This document shows positions 25,672 to 37,869 of a stretch of 64,000 bases of DNA, piece after piece (the stretch's first letter is position 1; every line of letters starts with the position of its first letter). Source of the stretch: Haliotis rubra (Eukaryota); contig NW_025766470.1 in the NCBI RefSeq assembly GCF_003918875.1, forward strand, positions 310,001-374,000, in the 5' to 3' direction. Made by a program: the position numbers and the translations under genes. The notes beneath the pieces were generated by a model, which saw only the letters and a program-made list of their open reading frames with translations, ran no database searches and was not told where the DNA came from.

Positions 25672-26283
25672 CAGTCTAAGTAAACTTAGGCTCAGTATTA
25701 TTCGTTACACTGCTATACTGAGTCTAACAAAACCTAGTAGAAGGTCGCGTCAGCTAACCTTGAGCAGCCTATGACCATCCAATCAAACGCGAGACGGCCG
25801 AACGGATTTAACCAATCAGACAACTACTACTTGTTAGGGTTCGGCGGGACTTACAAAACGGTTTTTGGATTTTCGGCTTTTCTCTTCCCTGGTCGCTGAC
25901 ACTGATCTATCAACATACGAAAATCCGCATAAAACACATATATTTGACCTGCAGTATATACTCTTATGTGTTTCTAATGACATGGTTACTATTTGCTTAT
26001 ATTTTCGCAAGATGACATCCTTGAATATTGACAAAAATGCTATTTTCAGCAACTGTTTACTCATTGTGTGTATCACTCGGAAGCGATCGTGCGGAAAGTA
26101 GCATTCGGAATCGTTCAAGTTTTTTAGGTAAAGGTTGAAACGGTATGTGCGAATGTTAAATGTCGCGATTTGGTAAGCTGTGTTCTGATTGGTCAGTCCA
26201 AAAGGTTAGCTGACGCGACCATCTATAAGGTTTTATTAGACTCAGTATAGCAGTGTAACGAATAATACTGAGCCTAAGTTTAC
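25672..26283. mobile_element. MULE-like MITE with ~90-100 bp TIRs, copy 1
   Basis: GTAAACTTAGGCTCAGTATTATTCGTTACACTGCTATACTGAGTCTAA…GGTCGCGTCAGCTAACCTT inverted at both ends; paralog at 34900. Confidence 0.88.
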
Positions 26284-26382
26284 TGCAAGAAAAATAATTG
26301 TCACCTAGTTTTTTTAGCCAATATGCAATGCCATCCGGTAATTCCACGCACCTAAGCACATCGATCGCAACACGGCAACTAA

Positions 26383-26696
26383 GGGACTGTTCATAATTTA
26401 TGGCCAGGGGGGATGATGATGATTTTTATGGAGAAGCATGTACAATGTGAATGACCCCCCTTAAAATTTATGTACAAAGTAAGTCCCCCCCCTGCATGTC
26501 ATGTACAAAATCAATGACCCCCTCCCCTTCCAATATTTTTTAAGCATAATTTTAAAATATTTTTATGTACAAAATTGCTGACCCCCACCCCCAGAAACAT
26601 GTGTACAAAATTTCTGACTCCCCTACCTCCCCAGAACAAAATGGGTGACCTGCCCTTAAAAATCACCCCCCCTAGCCATAAATTATGAACGGTCCC
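26383..26696. mobile_element. PIF/Harbinger-like MITE (related copies near 19912-20070, 59981-60387, 61150-61385)
   Basis: TIR GGGACYGTTCATAATTTATGGC; TAA TSD; internal ATGTACAAA repeats. Confidence 0.85.
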
Positions 26697-27349
26697 TAAT
26701 GTCTGTTATTTTTTGTGGTTTACGTGACTAAACATGCTGGTATGCATCATATTTACCTAGAAATATAAGTTTTATTGACAACTATAAGATTCTAACGTTG
26801 CATTATGCCATAAGGTTGACCGTACCGGCGTTCTAACGCCATCGCACAGCAACTGATGCACATAACATCCAGCTGGAGATCCGAAGTATGGAAGCGTATT
26901 CGGGCCAGATCATTTTAAAAAATCACTTCATCAATGTAAGGAAGAGTGTTTCATATTAAATCCACTTATGAATAATGAAGAAAAAAGTTCAAAAGTCTGA
27001 AGAAATGAATTTTCATAAAACTGTCAATTTATCTGTCAATTACTGTTATTTACTTGCCTTTAGTGATTAAAAGCCAATCCCTTGTAGAAATGTCCCGATT
27101 TCAAGCGTAAATGTGGTAGCAGACGATGTTTACCTTCGATATGGAAGTACGCTATTGCAGCTGCGCAGAATTACCGGACGCGCGGAATTACCGGACTCGC
27201 TTGTAATCAGTGTATTGTAAGCAAGACTATATTTATTAAATTTCTTAGTGACATATATTGGATAGCTATGCTTCGCAAAATACTTTAAAAATGGCTATCG
27301 CTATAAATAATTATAATGGTCATAAGCCGTATCTCGTCTAAACAGAGTC

Positions 27350-27835
27350 TGGGCAGTGGGATAGCCTTGTGGTTAAAGTGTTCATTTGTGAGGCCGAAGA
27401 TCTTGGTTCAATTCCCCACAGTACAGTGTCTGAAGCCCATTTCTGGTGCCTGTGATATTGCTGGAATATAATGCTAAAAGCAGTGTAAAACCATAATCAC
27501 CCACTCACTCACTCACTCACTCCTCACTCACCTCACTCACCACTCACTCACTCTCACTCACTCACTCACTCACTCAGAGTCACTCCTCCTCCCCAGTACT
27601 CTCACTCAACAGAGTCCACATGACCCCAGTACTCAAACAACTACTGGTTACCTGTGAGGGCCAGAATCCAAGATACTGTGCCTTAGGTGATGGGGTAGCC
27701 AACTGTGGATTGGTTAAAGCGTTAAAGCTCGATCACCGAAGACCCAAGTTTGTGACCCCACATGGGTACAATGTGTGAAGCCCATTTCTGGTGTCCTGAA
27801 TATTGCTAAAAGCAGCATAGAAGCTCACTCACTCT
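27350..27835 (+). mobile_element. Two SINE family A copies separated by an (ACTC)n tract
   Basis: Matches near 27350-27500 and 27685-27835; sequence partly garbled. Confidence 0.75.
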
Positions 27836-27973
27836 GTCTCACATGCAAGTCTCTTCATGATCTGACTCCTCTATGCATATCAGAGCTAATCTCTTCCTGT
27901 GTTGAAGTCCGTGAACTTCGGCTCACCGCACCAAGTACCTGACAGAACTACACTACGAGCTAAATACTTTTGG

Positions 27974-28346
27974 CAGGGATTTACAGGACATGAATTCCCT
28001 CGTCCCTATAATGCATAAAAATTGACAAAGGACTAACAAAATTTATTAGCGTGCATTACACAGGGACTCAAAAAGTCCAAATGCTTTTTGTAAAAATTTG
28101 GATCAAGTAACAATAAGTTATCACTGAGTCTGCTACTAACCGGGTTATGGTACCATTTGCAATTTAATTACTGTAACAATGTGATAAACATGATACACAA
28201 TACAACTGAATTACACCAATATTACAACATAGCATTAATAATAATATTTAAGTGTCTGGGATCCCCATTTTGCAGCCCAGGACCCCTGAAAATTAAGCGT
28301 ATAAGTCCCTGGGACCCTCAAATACAGGACTCAATCTAAATCCCTG
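27974..28346. mobile_element. hAT-like MITE
   Basis: CAGGGATTTA…TAAATCCCTG termini; no clear TSD. Confidence 0.5.
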
Positions 28347-28740
28347 GTCACAGATCATTTTTGTACACTGCTCCAGTTTTGTTGAACACTCTACCCATTG
28401 ACCTGAAACTCTGGTACCGTAATACCATGCCGAAGCCCCACCTTTTCACTCTGTACTATATTTAATTAACATCAGTCTCACTGTTTACTTACAAATGTCT
28501 GTATGTGTTTTAAATGCTGCACCAAGAACATGCTCCCAAGCATGGATTTGGGTGCAATAGAATTGTGCACTTTTATTACATATGCACAATTACATTTTAT
28601 ACATAAAAATTGCCTGGATGCACAGAAACTGAATAACTTTTATCAAGCTCATTGAAAGGAGGGAAACAAACTTCAGAATTACATCCTCTTTCTATTTGGC
28701 TCTGTTGGAATGACTTTCATCAGATATTAAGTGGTATTAA

Positions 28741-29628
28741 AGGTCACATGCAACGTAAAACACAACTTTGCAGATTCTGATACCTTTCGGTATGGACTTA
28801 CCAAAACAAATCATCAAAACTGCAAATTCAACTTATAAAGTTGAAAATTAACGCGATGAACAAAAATGTGTGAAATCGGAGTTCAAACGATTCAGTGGTT
28901 TCAACAGCTGGGCTGCGCTCATAGCACATGCTCAGTGAAATAGGTTCGCACAGCTTGGAAGCGGGTTGTCTGATGAATACTCGGTGAAGGCTTTGGTGTG
29001 AGCTATTTTTCTAATGTTTTGTTGATATTTCACAGGCGCGAGCTTTTTATATGTAATGACAGTAGATTACCGATTTAACTGTTTATATAATTTCATTTGT
29101 CTATTTCACCACTCGTTCTTCTTACCGAGTCACTTTCTCAGTTCGATACTTAAAAGCAATGTCATTATTTAGAGTTGACAGAATTTCTAACTGTGATATA
29201 GATATGTCGTTGTCACAGACAAAACTCAATGTCTGTTTTATTGACACCTATTTGTCTGCCTGCCTGTCTGCTAATGACAATATTCAATACACAACTTCGA
29301 TCACTGACCACATGCAAAGTGAACTTAACACCTATCAGGCTATACACCATAAACAAAAGACATTGATTTATGGCCCGAGTTCGAGTCTCTGTCACATTAT
29401 GTAATTACACAGACAGGCACACCCACCCACTCTGACTGGGTTCGGTATCCCGGCTGCTTCGTTTCTTGGGAAGTAAACCCAAGTACAAAATATTGCACTT
29501 TTGATTTGCGATTGTACGCTTATAATTTTGTTTATATGTTTTTTCATAATCAGCAATATATATTATATGTCATGAATAAGTGATAATTGTATTTTAATTA
29601 CGTTTGATTTTTTGGTTGCATGTGACCT
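28741..29628. mobile_element. TTAA-specific non-autonomous DNA transposon (Kolobok-like)
   Basis: TTAA|AGGTCACATGCAAC…GTTGCATGTGACCT|TTAA. Confidence 0.85.
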
Positions 29629-29647
29629 TTAAGTATTCTTCTCATTG

Positions 29648-29805
29648 AGGGGCAGTGGGGTAGCCTAGTGGTTAAAGCGTTCGCTCGTCACGCTGAATAC
29701 CCGGAGTACCCCACATGGGTACAATGTGTGAAACCCATTTCTGGTGTCCCAGAATTGCTTGAATATTGCTAAAAAGCGGCATGAAAACTAAATTCACTCA
29801 CTTAC
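29648..29805 (+). mobile_element. SINE family A
   Basis: Consensus match; TSD tcttctcattga. Confidence 0.85.
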
Positions 29806-29820
29806 TCTTCTCATTGATAC

Positions 29821-30098
29821 GACCCGTGAAGGTCCGGGTTAGAATGAACCTTCAGTAACCCATGCTTGTCGTAAGAGGCGACTAACAGGATCGGGTGGTC
29901 AGGCTCACTGGCTTGGTTGACACATGTCACTGGTTCCCAATTGCGCAGATCGATGCTCTTGTTGTTGGTCACTGGATTGTCTGGTCCAGACTCGATTATT
30001 TACAGACCGCTGCCATATAGCTGGAATATTGCTGAGTGCGGCATAAAACTAAACTCACTCACTCACTCACTCACTCACTCACTCACTCACTCACTCAC
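29821..30098 (+). mobile_element. SINE-like family B, full length with expanded (ACTC)n tail
   Basis: Complete head, CTTGTCGTAAGAGGCGACTAA segment, body and tail. Confidence 0.88.
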
Positions 30099-30219
30099 AC
30101 TGATACACTACATTTCCAACCTGGACACCTAAACATCTGCATGAGTGAACTAATTTCAGAGCAAACACATTTGAATCCCTGATTCTCTATCTGTCTCTTC
30201 TATTTTCAGACTTGATGTA

Positions 30220-31545
30220 ATGTACAAGTCATTTCTTGTCATCCTGGGAGCCTGGACCATCATATGCCTGATCATTTACTATGGGCTGAACAAGGTACTC
30301 CTTCCCCAGGGGAGCAATCGACATGCAATTGACGACCCAGTCTCTGCTGTGTCCGATGCACATGCTCATGTCCATAGTGATAGGTACATCATATATACAT
30401 GTGATGGGACATTCTACTGTGGGGGATGGGCAGACCGACTCAAAGGAGTAGTAGCGGCATATCTCCTGGCTAATGCTACCAACAGGAAGTTCGGAATTCA
30501 TATGACTGTGCCATGTGACATCTCAAACTACTTATTGCCGAACTTGATTGATTGGCGGATAGATGTGTCAAAGTTGGGAAATGACAGTACTTCTTTCTTT
30601 ATGGGAATGAGCGATGCTGTTTTTATGAAAAATACAGAGTTGATGAAACTAGAGAATACGTTTCCCCACAGAGTGACTTATTTTGCCTTTAATTTAGACA
30701 TTGTGCCCCATTTGAGAAGAAATGTTTTATATTCTGATAATTTTAAGTGGATGGTTGGAATGAAGAATCATGAAGTTTTCAGTCATGTTTATAAAACATT
30801 ATTTCGCCTTTCTCCTGCACTGGAGGAGAAATTGCAAGAGTTTAACATGAAGCTTCCTCTTGGATCTTCCCTGAAATGTGCTCAAATTCGACTTGGAAGA
30901 AATCCTTCAAATTTAAATGATACAGAAGTGAGAGGTTCTTATTACGATGTAAGATTAGTGTGGGATTTCTTTAGAGGCTTTCACTCTGGACAGGGGAGCC
31001 TAGAACACAGTCACAGTGACCACCATCATCACCATGGCAACCACCATCACCACCATGGCAACCATCATCATCATCACCATCATTCTAATAATGAAAACTT
31101 TAAGATATTTGTCACATCCGATTCGGAGCAGGTTCGTGCTGATGCAGCAAAATATTTTCCAGATTTAACAGTCGACTTACCAGGTCCACTTGTCCATATT
31201 GAACGATCAACCAAGGTTAAAGAAGAAATGTGTGGAGGATTTTCCAAAGTTATCCTGGATCAAATTGTGTTAGCGTCATGTGAAACTCTCATTATAGGCC
31301 AGAGTGGTTTTGGGGAGATTTCCTCCTACCTGAGAGGATCGGACTCCAATCTGTATTGTTTCCGTCATTCAGCATTGTACAGATGTTCGATGTCAAACTT
31401 TGATGTCTCTGCAGATAGGTTTACAAAACTACTTACAGTTATGGCGTTTGGAGCTCTGCTTTTGACCGCTCTGGTGTGCTGGATATTTGCAGCTAAAGCA
31501 AGACAGATCAGAAAATGTATCAGGATGAAGTTGCTTCGCTGTTAA
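30220..31545 (+). CDS. Fucosyltransferase-like (FUT8/NodZ/GT11-type, GT-B fold) membrane glycosyltransferase, 441 aa, single coding exon
   Basis: N-terminal TM (FLVILGAWTIICLIIYYGL); motifs CGGWADRLKG, AQIRLG, IFVTSDS and LDQIVLASCETLIIGQSGFG match the alpha-2/alpha-6/O-fucosyltransferase motif I-III pattern; acceptor tctattttcag ends at 30209; second hydrophobic segment near the C-terminus; poly-His insert. Confidence 0.8.
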   Translation: MYKSFLVILGAWTIICLIIYYGLNKVLLPQGSNRHAIDDPVSAVSDAHAHVHSDRYIIYTCDGTFYCGGWADRLKGVVAAYLLANATNRKFGIHMTVPCDISNYLLPNLIDWRIDVSKLGNDSTSFFMGMSDAVFMKNTELMKLENTFPHRVTYFAFNLDIVPHLRRNVLYSDNFKWMVGMKNHEVFSHVYKTLFRLSPALEEKLQEFNMKLPLGSSLKCAQIRLGRNPSNLNDTEVRGSYYDVRLVWDFFRGFHSGQGSLEHSHSDHHHHHGNHHHHHGNHHHHHHHSNNENFKIFVTSDSEQVRADAAKYFPDLTVDLPGPLVHIERSTKVKEEMCGGFSKVILDQIVLASCETLIIGQSGFGEISSYLRGSDSNLYCFRHSALYRCSMSNFDVSADRFTKLLTVMAFGALLLTALVCWIFAAKARQIRKCIRMKLLRC

Positions 31546-32069
31546 AGGCACTATATCACACCACACTTCTCTAAAAATAAATAATGTATTTCTCTCAATA
31601 ATACTAAGTATCAGCCCTCAGGGAAGCTACCATATAATTTATTCCATTTTTTTTTTACATATTTAGATTACAATATTAAATTAAAAAGTTTGAAAGAATT
31701 AATGCAACGTTGTATTAAATTGACTCTCACACCCTCTACCCCCCGTACATTATTTCAAGTGAACCCCATAGAGTTGTGTCCCTTGGAGCACTCTTTACGA
31801 ATATCCTACACACAACTTGTGATTGAAACCAGTTCTGCAAACACCGACAACACAGTTTTCGATGTATGTAGCAATTGTTTACATTCCATATATGGCAAGT
31901 GTTCTCTGTTTGGAAGCTGTTCACCTCGAAGTTTCAATTATCGATTTCAGGCAAGTCATAAGGGATAGTAAGTCTTTTATTGCATCAATAGGAAGATAAG
32001 GTGAGTGCATATGCCCCAGTGTATATACTATAGGCTAAAATATTGTCGAAAATATGTGACATTGTGCCT
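31546..32069. mobile_element. TTAA-specific non-autonomous DNA transposon (Kolobok-like)
   Basis: TTAA|AGGCACTATATCACA…TGTGACATTGTGCCT|TTAA, 13/15 TIR match. Confidence 0.75.
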
Positions 32070-32881
32070 TTAAGGTGACACTTGGTTTACAAATCCACCT
32101 ACCAAACACTATTTAAATAGTAGGTACATTTCTAATTATCTTAATTGAAAGGATTCCATAAAAAAGAGAATCTTGCAACTCCATATCTTGCAAAGACAGT
32201 CCAAAGTTGTCTTGCTTGTTTACATTTATCAAACTGAAAGGATTCATTAGTTCCCATTTGCAAGACAGTCAAAGTTGTCTTCTTGTCCTTGTAATAGATA
32301 CAGTGGAAGTCATGTCTGCCGTGATGCTGCACCTTAAAACATTCAGTTGATTGGGGTGATCAAATGTTTATCTGTATGAAACCTTTTGCATCTTGTGTGT
32401 TTTAGGAAAGGTTTCTTACCCAAACTAAAGTACATGTGATTGAGTTGCTGTGTGTTTTGTATGTTGACTTCCAAATTAAACTGATATTAACAGAACAGTT
32501 ATAGTCCGTTTGGCTCAAAATCGGACCAGTGAATTGCAATCTACTAAACATATAATACTCAATGAAACACTGACCATAATCAAAACATCAGATCAACTCT
32601 GTGATTTTTTTTGCCAAAATTTATGTCCTAAAAATAAAAAAAAGTTGTTTAACTAACTATCATTAAAATTTTGACAAAGTTCACTATTTGTTATGAAGGA
32701 GGACTGCAAAGAGCGGAACAGCCAGGTGTACGCGGAGCACGTGCACAAGTGCCGACAAAGTTGTTGAATCATTTACCTGTGCTGTGCTTTCTCCATCCTT
32801 TCTCACACACCTGGCTGTTCCTGTCTTTGCACCCCTCCCTCGTAACAAATAGGGAACTGTGTCAAAATTTTAATGATAGTC

Positions 32882-33206
32882 TACTGGCAAACAAGGAAAA
32901 GTTGAGAAAGCGTTCACGAGAAGTAGGTGGTGCATGACAATGAGCAAACACATTTGGTTTGTCAAAGGTAGAGCAGATGTAGGCAAGTGCACGTGCATTG
33001 TATGACGATTAAATTGATTCAGCGCGTATCTGCACATGCCTTGCTCATAAGACTCTCATGTCGGTGTAGCAAGTCGCACTACACTTGATTGGGGACAACC
33101 TGGGGCCCCTTCACTAACAATGGCAAGTGCCAGTGGGCGGCACTCATACATGCTAATAGGGTCAATTGTCAGGTCGGTGCTCAACTTATCCTTGTTTGCC
33201 AGTAGC
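32882..33206. mobile_element. MITE
   Basis: TIR CTACTGGCAAACAAGGAWAAGTTGAG at both ends. Confidence 0.75.
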
Positions 33207-34400
33207 TGATGTTCATGTTAATGAAAACAAAAGATTTTTAAAAGCATTGTGGCTTATCACTGCCCCTGTACCACAAATGCCTTTGTAGTGTAGTGGTTCC
33301 TAGGCCACAGATACATAGGATGTAACTTTGATCAAATGAAATATGAAGAATTCATTTGTCATTTGATATTTGATTTTACATGTTTATGTACCTTTTTCAT
33401 GCAAACTGTGTTCAAATGCAGAATATATCTCCAGTGAGAGATATTCTTCAGAATATCCTTGGCACATAGAAACTTTCTAAAAAATACACTTGAGATAGGG
33501 ACTTAATAAAGAAAATATTTGGTAAAAAGAGATTTGCTATAGAATATCACTGGAACAGAAATACTTTCTTTAGAATATCCCCGAGACCAGGTTATTCTCT
33601 GGGAAGGTGCCTGCTGAGAGGTGAAATGATGGCCTGTTGTTACTAGTCCTTGAGCAATTGATCAAATAATCTGTCGATCGACTGATCTCACTTGCATCAG
33701 CGAATATCAATGAGACCGGGACACTAATCGATCTTCACAAAAATGAAACATTGAATGACCTGTCAACTACACTTCATTTCGATGTGTGAGTAGACGCAGT
33801 ATGATTGTGAATTCTTTTAACAATACAGACCGAAGTTATGATTATGGGTAACTGCCAGTTGTCTGTGGTCTGTGTTTGCTGCGATTAGGATCCCATCGCT
33901 TATGTATGAAACATACCGGTACCATTTTGACACTGATTTTAAGGGTCAAGTTTGGGGGTCAGCTTATCTATGGGGTCGGCTTATCTACGGTAATATACGG
34001 TAAACTTGTGTAGTGACTTGTATCACAGACACTGAAATAACATTCATGTCTGTATCTGAAGAAATGACAATCAGTTCAAGGGAGACAACTCTGTTATCAG
34101 CTTTGACAGAATTGTCAGACTTCCTCCTGTTCTGATGCGGTAACCTTTAGAAAGTATGTTCCTTGTTGTTATGTTTGTTACATCAAGACGTAAACAACTG
34201 ATGCAGTTTCCTGACTTGTGAAACTGCAATATGAACGACAACACTTGTGTGTGTATCTCAACTGGAAGTATCCTCGATCGTCTTGATCATGGTATTAATT
34301 GCTGCCTGTTTTGCTTGTACAGTGTTATGATTGTGTCCCCTTAAAACTCACATGAGTTTTGTGGTTGGGTTATGATTACAATCGATTATTGACTGATTAC

Positions 34401-34700
34401 TAGGGGTGTAACGGTATACCGTGATATTAGTAGAACTGCGGTATTTTGCCTTTGGTTCGCTATACTGTAATGCAATCCAAAAATTCGGTATTTTCGGTTT
34501 TCGTACTGTCATTATATTAACCTTTTTAAACCTTTTCTAAAATGTCTAGAAATCATTTCTGTAAGGTTTAGCTCTTGTTGTAAATTTTCTGCATTATGAA
34601 TATGATCATATCTTGTACACCGAAACGAAACGGACCGAAACGAAGACTTTGTTCCACAATATGTACCGTACCATGGTAAGAGCGTACCGTTTCACCCCTA
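34401..34700. mobile_element. hAT-type MITE
   Basis: TAGGGGTGTAACGGTA…TACCGTTTCACCCCTA; 8-bp TSD ctgattac. Confidence 0.88.
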
Positions 34701-34899
34701 CTGATTACTGAGCTCCGATTACAAATCTGCATATGACCAGCACTAGTTGTAATGACAGTTGTCTGACACTGTCACTTAACTCTTGTATACATTTCAAAAG
34801 TGAACTGTATGTATATAATTTGTTGATATTGTTTTTCACCATATTTAAAATTTCCTTTCTTGCATTTGATATTTATTTATACAGGGTATAATATTGATC

Positions 34900-35535
34900 C
34901 AGTCTAGGTAAACTTAGGCTCAGTATTGTTCGTTACACTGCTATACTGAGTCTAACGAACCCTAGTAGAAGGTCGCGTCAGCTAACCTTTGAGTGACCTA
35001 TGACCGCCCGATCAAAGGCGATACGGATGAACGGATTTAACCAATCAGACAACGGCTACTATTTTAGGGTTCGGTGGGACTTTTTCAAAATTTTCTCTTC
35101 CCCAGTCGCTGACACTGATCTCTCAACAAATGAAAATCTGCATAAGACACAAATATTTGACCTGCAGTATATACGCTTAGGGGTTTCTGATGACATGGTT
35201 ACTATTAGCTTATATTCCCGCAAGATGACATCCTGGAAATTTGACAAAAACGCTATTTTCAGTGACTGTTTATGCACTGTTGTGAATAATGATGTTCTCC
35301 ATGTGTATCACTTGGAAGCAGTCATGCGGAAAATAGCATTTGGAATCATTCCATTGGAAACGTTTTTGAGATGAAAGTTCAAATGGAATGTGTGAATGTT
35401 AACTTTCGCGATTTGGTAAGCTGTGTTCTGATTGGTCAATTCAAAAGGTTAGCTGACGCGACCTTCAACTAGGGGTTTGTTAGATTCAGTTTAGCAGTGT
35501 AACGAATAATACTGAGCCTAAGTGTATTCAGACTG
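34900..35535. mobile_element. MULE-like MITE with long TIRs, copy 2
   Basis: CAGTCT…AGACTG termini; ~10-bp TSD aatattgatc; internal sequence homologous to 25672-26283. Confidence 0.9.
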
Positions 35536-36580
35536 AATATTGATCCAACATTCCATTTTGAGGCGTATGATATATAAGGGTGTATTATATACACTAGTAG
35601 GGTGCAACACAGAGATGATAGTAACAATAATAATAATAATAAGTGCATTTATAATGTGCTAAACTCCATTCACTAGGTGAATGTTTATAGCGCTAACAAT
35701 CTTATTATTATTACCCCGGATAACCCAAGCTGCCAGTGAGGAGCTAGAAGGTTAATAGTCACATGACTTATCCAACCATGACTTATACACTGTGAAGATA
35801 ATGTCGCATTTTCAGTGCAATAGCAACAATGTATTTTTTCACTGCCTCGATGCTTTCTCTAAACGTTTTACTGTTGTGACGATGTCAATGATATTTTTAC
35901 TGAATCATTTACTGTTATTTTGAGTAACATGAAATTGTGTATGTGAAAAACATGGATCTCTATGGTCTATATTAATCTCAGATAATTTGTTCTTCATTTA
36001 ATGCATATGGATGTGATGAAGTCAATTGTTAAGGTTTTAAAAGGCCTCAGGGCAGTGTTTTCTCCAACCTGTATTCAATAAATAAATAAATTTTAGTATT
36101 TGTGTTTGTTTGATTTATATCAGTGTTCGAAATACCTGCCTGCCCGACCAGTCAACACGGACAGCCAGATTCTCAAATTCACCTGCCTGACGGTCAGGCC
36201 AAAATTACAGACATGTATGTTAGTACTTTTGTGGGCAGGTAAGTTTAGGTCAGAGCTGGCAAGTTTTACATCTAACCAGCCCTGTGGTCTGGCTGAAGTC
36301 TTTTAGTTTTATACCGTTTATATTGTTTCCATGGGGCGAAAAAACTTACCATCTTCAATTACCAAACATCACACCAATACAGACCGATGTGCATTTTGAT
36401 ATTGATATTTTGCAGGGCCAGTGAAATATCATGTGGACGAGTAACATTTTCACTTAACTAGCCCTCCAGGTAATTCATACACTTCCATTGATTTCATATT
36501 ATATTTTATCCTGAGACAAGTATAGGTTGGTTGGGACATAGGCTGTCCTGGAATATATCCATGATCAGAACTGTCAAGAC

Positions 36581-37070
36581 TAGGGGTGACTATTGAGGGG
36601 AAACAACTATTGCGATAGTGATCGTCTATTGCAACCAACTATTGCAATAGTTTTTTTCTCCTTGAATTGTCTCATTTGAAGTCATTTTCCAAATGAATGT
36701 ATAGTTTATGTGAAATAAAACCAAGTTGAAGTAGTTTCAATCTCTTTTAATAACTGACAAGAAACTTGAAACCCAGATCAAGTAAACAGTTAAAACATAA
36801 ACTTATTGTTATTCACAATTTCAAACACTGAGTCGCATGCCATGTTTATTTAAGAGGTAACAGGCATATAACTCTAAATCAAAGTGAATGAATCTGGTAC
36901 TTTCTGTATTTTGTGCTGTGCATTTATCAACAGAAGTCAATTACTAGACTATCGATAGTCGCACATACTATCGATGCGTCAATAGTTTTTCATTTCTACC
37001 ATTGATTAATTGCTATCGGAGACTCAACAATTGCAATTCATTGATAGTTCGATACATCGTTACAACACTA
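36581..37070. mobile_element. hAT-type non-autonomous element
   Basis: TAG…CTA termini; 8-bp TSD gtcaagac; subterminal ACTATCGAT-like repeats. Confidence 0.75.
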
Positions 37071-37869
37071 GTCAAGACACAGCTCAGATAATTTCAGGAT
37101 GACATATATATTGTCCTTTTAAAAGGTACAAAATAATCGGGTGAATTTACCAAATTTTAAATTCACCATTTCTTTCAGTAAGTGCACTTCGCTGCTACTT
37201 AGGGTAATGATGCTTAAGGGTGAAGGTCATGAACAACAGGATAAGCAATTGGGAATGGTCGTCAAAAAATGGTCCAAATTTTGAAGAGATTAACATGTTG
37301 TAAGTTGCTTAAGCTCCTGACTGAAACTACACTTCATGTGGATCAAATGAAATGCAGTTTATTCTCTCCAATAAAAGTATGTAGATATTTAATTTTGTTC
37401 TTTTATGGAGGTATTCACATCTTCATTGAGGTTATATTTCCTTCAAAAGCCTTTAATACATAATTTCCAGACATTATTGGAAATATTTTAGCTGTCATTA
37501 CAGAATAAAAATCTTCAACAGAAGTCCTCTTCACTGTCAACTATCTATCAATAGTTGTGCAAGTTATAGTATCTTGCTTCTGACGCCTCATGAGCTTTGC
37601 AGGAAAAAACCTGTTTCTCAGTATGAACATCCAGAGATTCCACAATGATGTCATTGCTGTCCTACAGGTCTAATGGCTGTGCAGATGTACCTAGGTCTGT
37701 TTATTGTCATCTGTCAGGTAGAAACTACGAGGCTTGCAACACATGGAAACTTTTGTTTTGCTGTGCGGAAGTCATGAGCCATAGAAATTCTCTTTTTTAA
37801 ATGCTTGAGGACAAGTGGAAACTTTATTTTTTTTGCATAACAGAACTGTCACTGATCAAATGTTGGTGT

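Noticed and set aside
25834-26118. Similar ORFs at 25834-26118 and 35000-35374 suggesting a small gene family
   Set aside because: Interiors of two copies of one non-autonomous MITE; no consistent reading frame.
26850-26941. Candidate non-coding first exon of the glycosyltransferase gene (donor AAT|GTAAGG)
   Set aside because: Lies between inverted CCGGTAATTCC motifs that may be TE ends; cannot be supported without transcripts.
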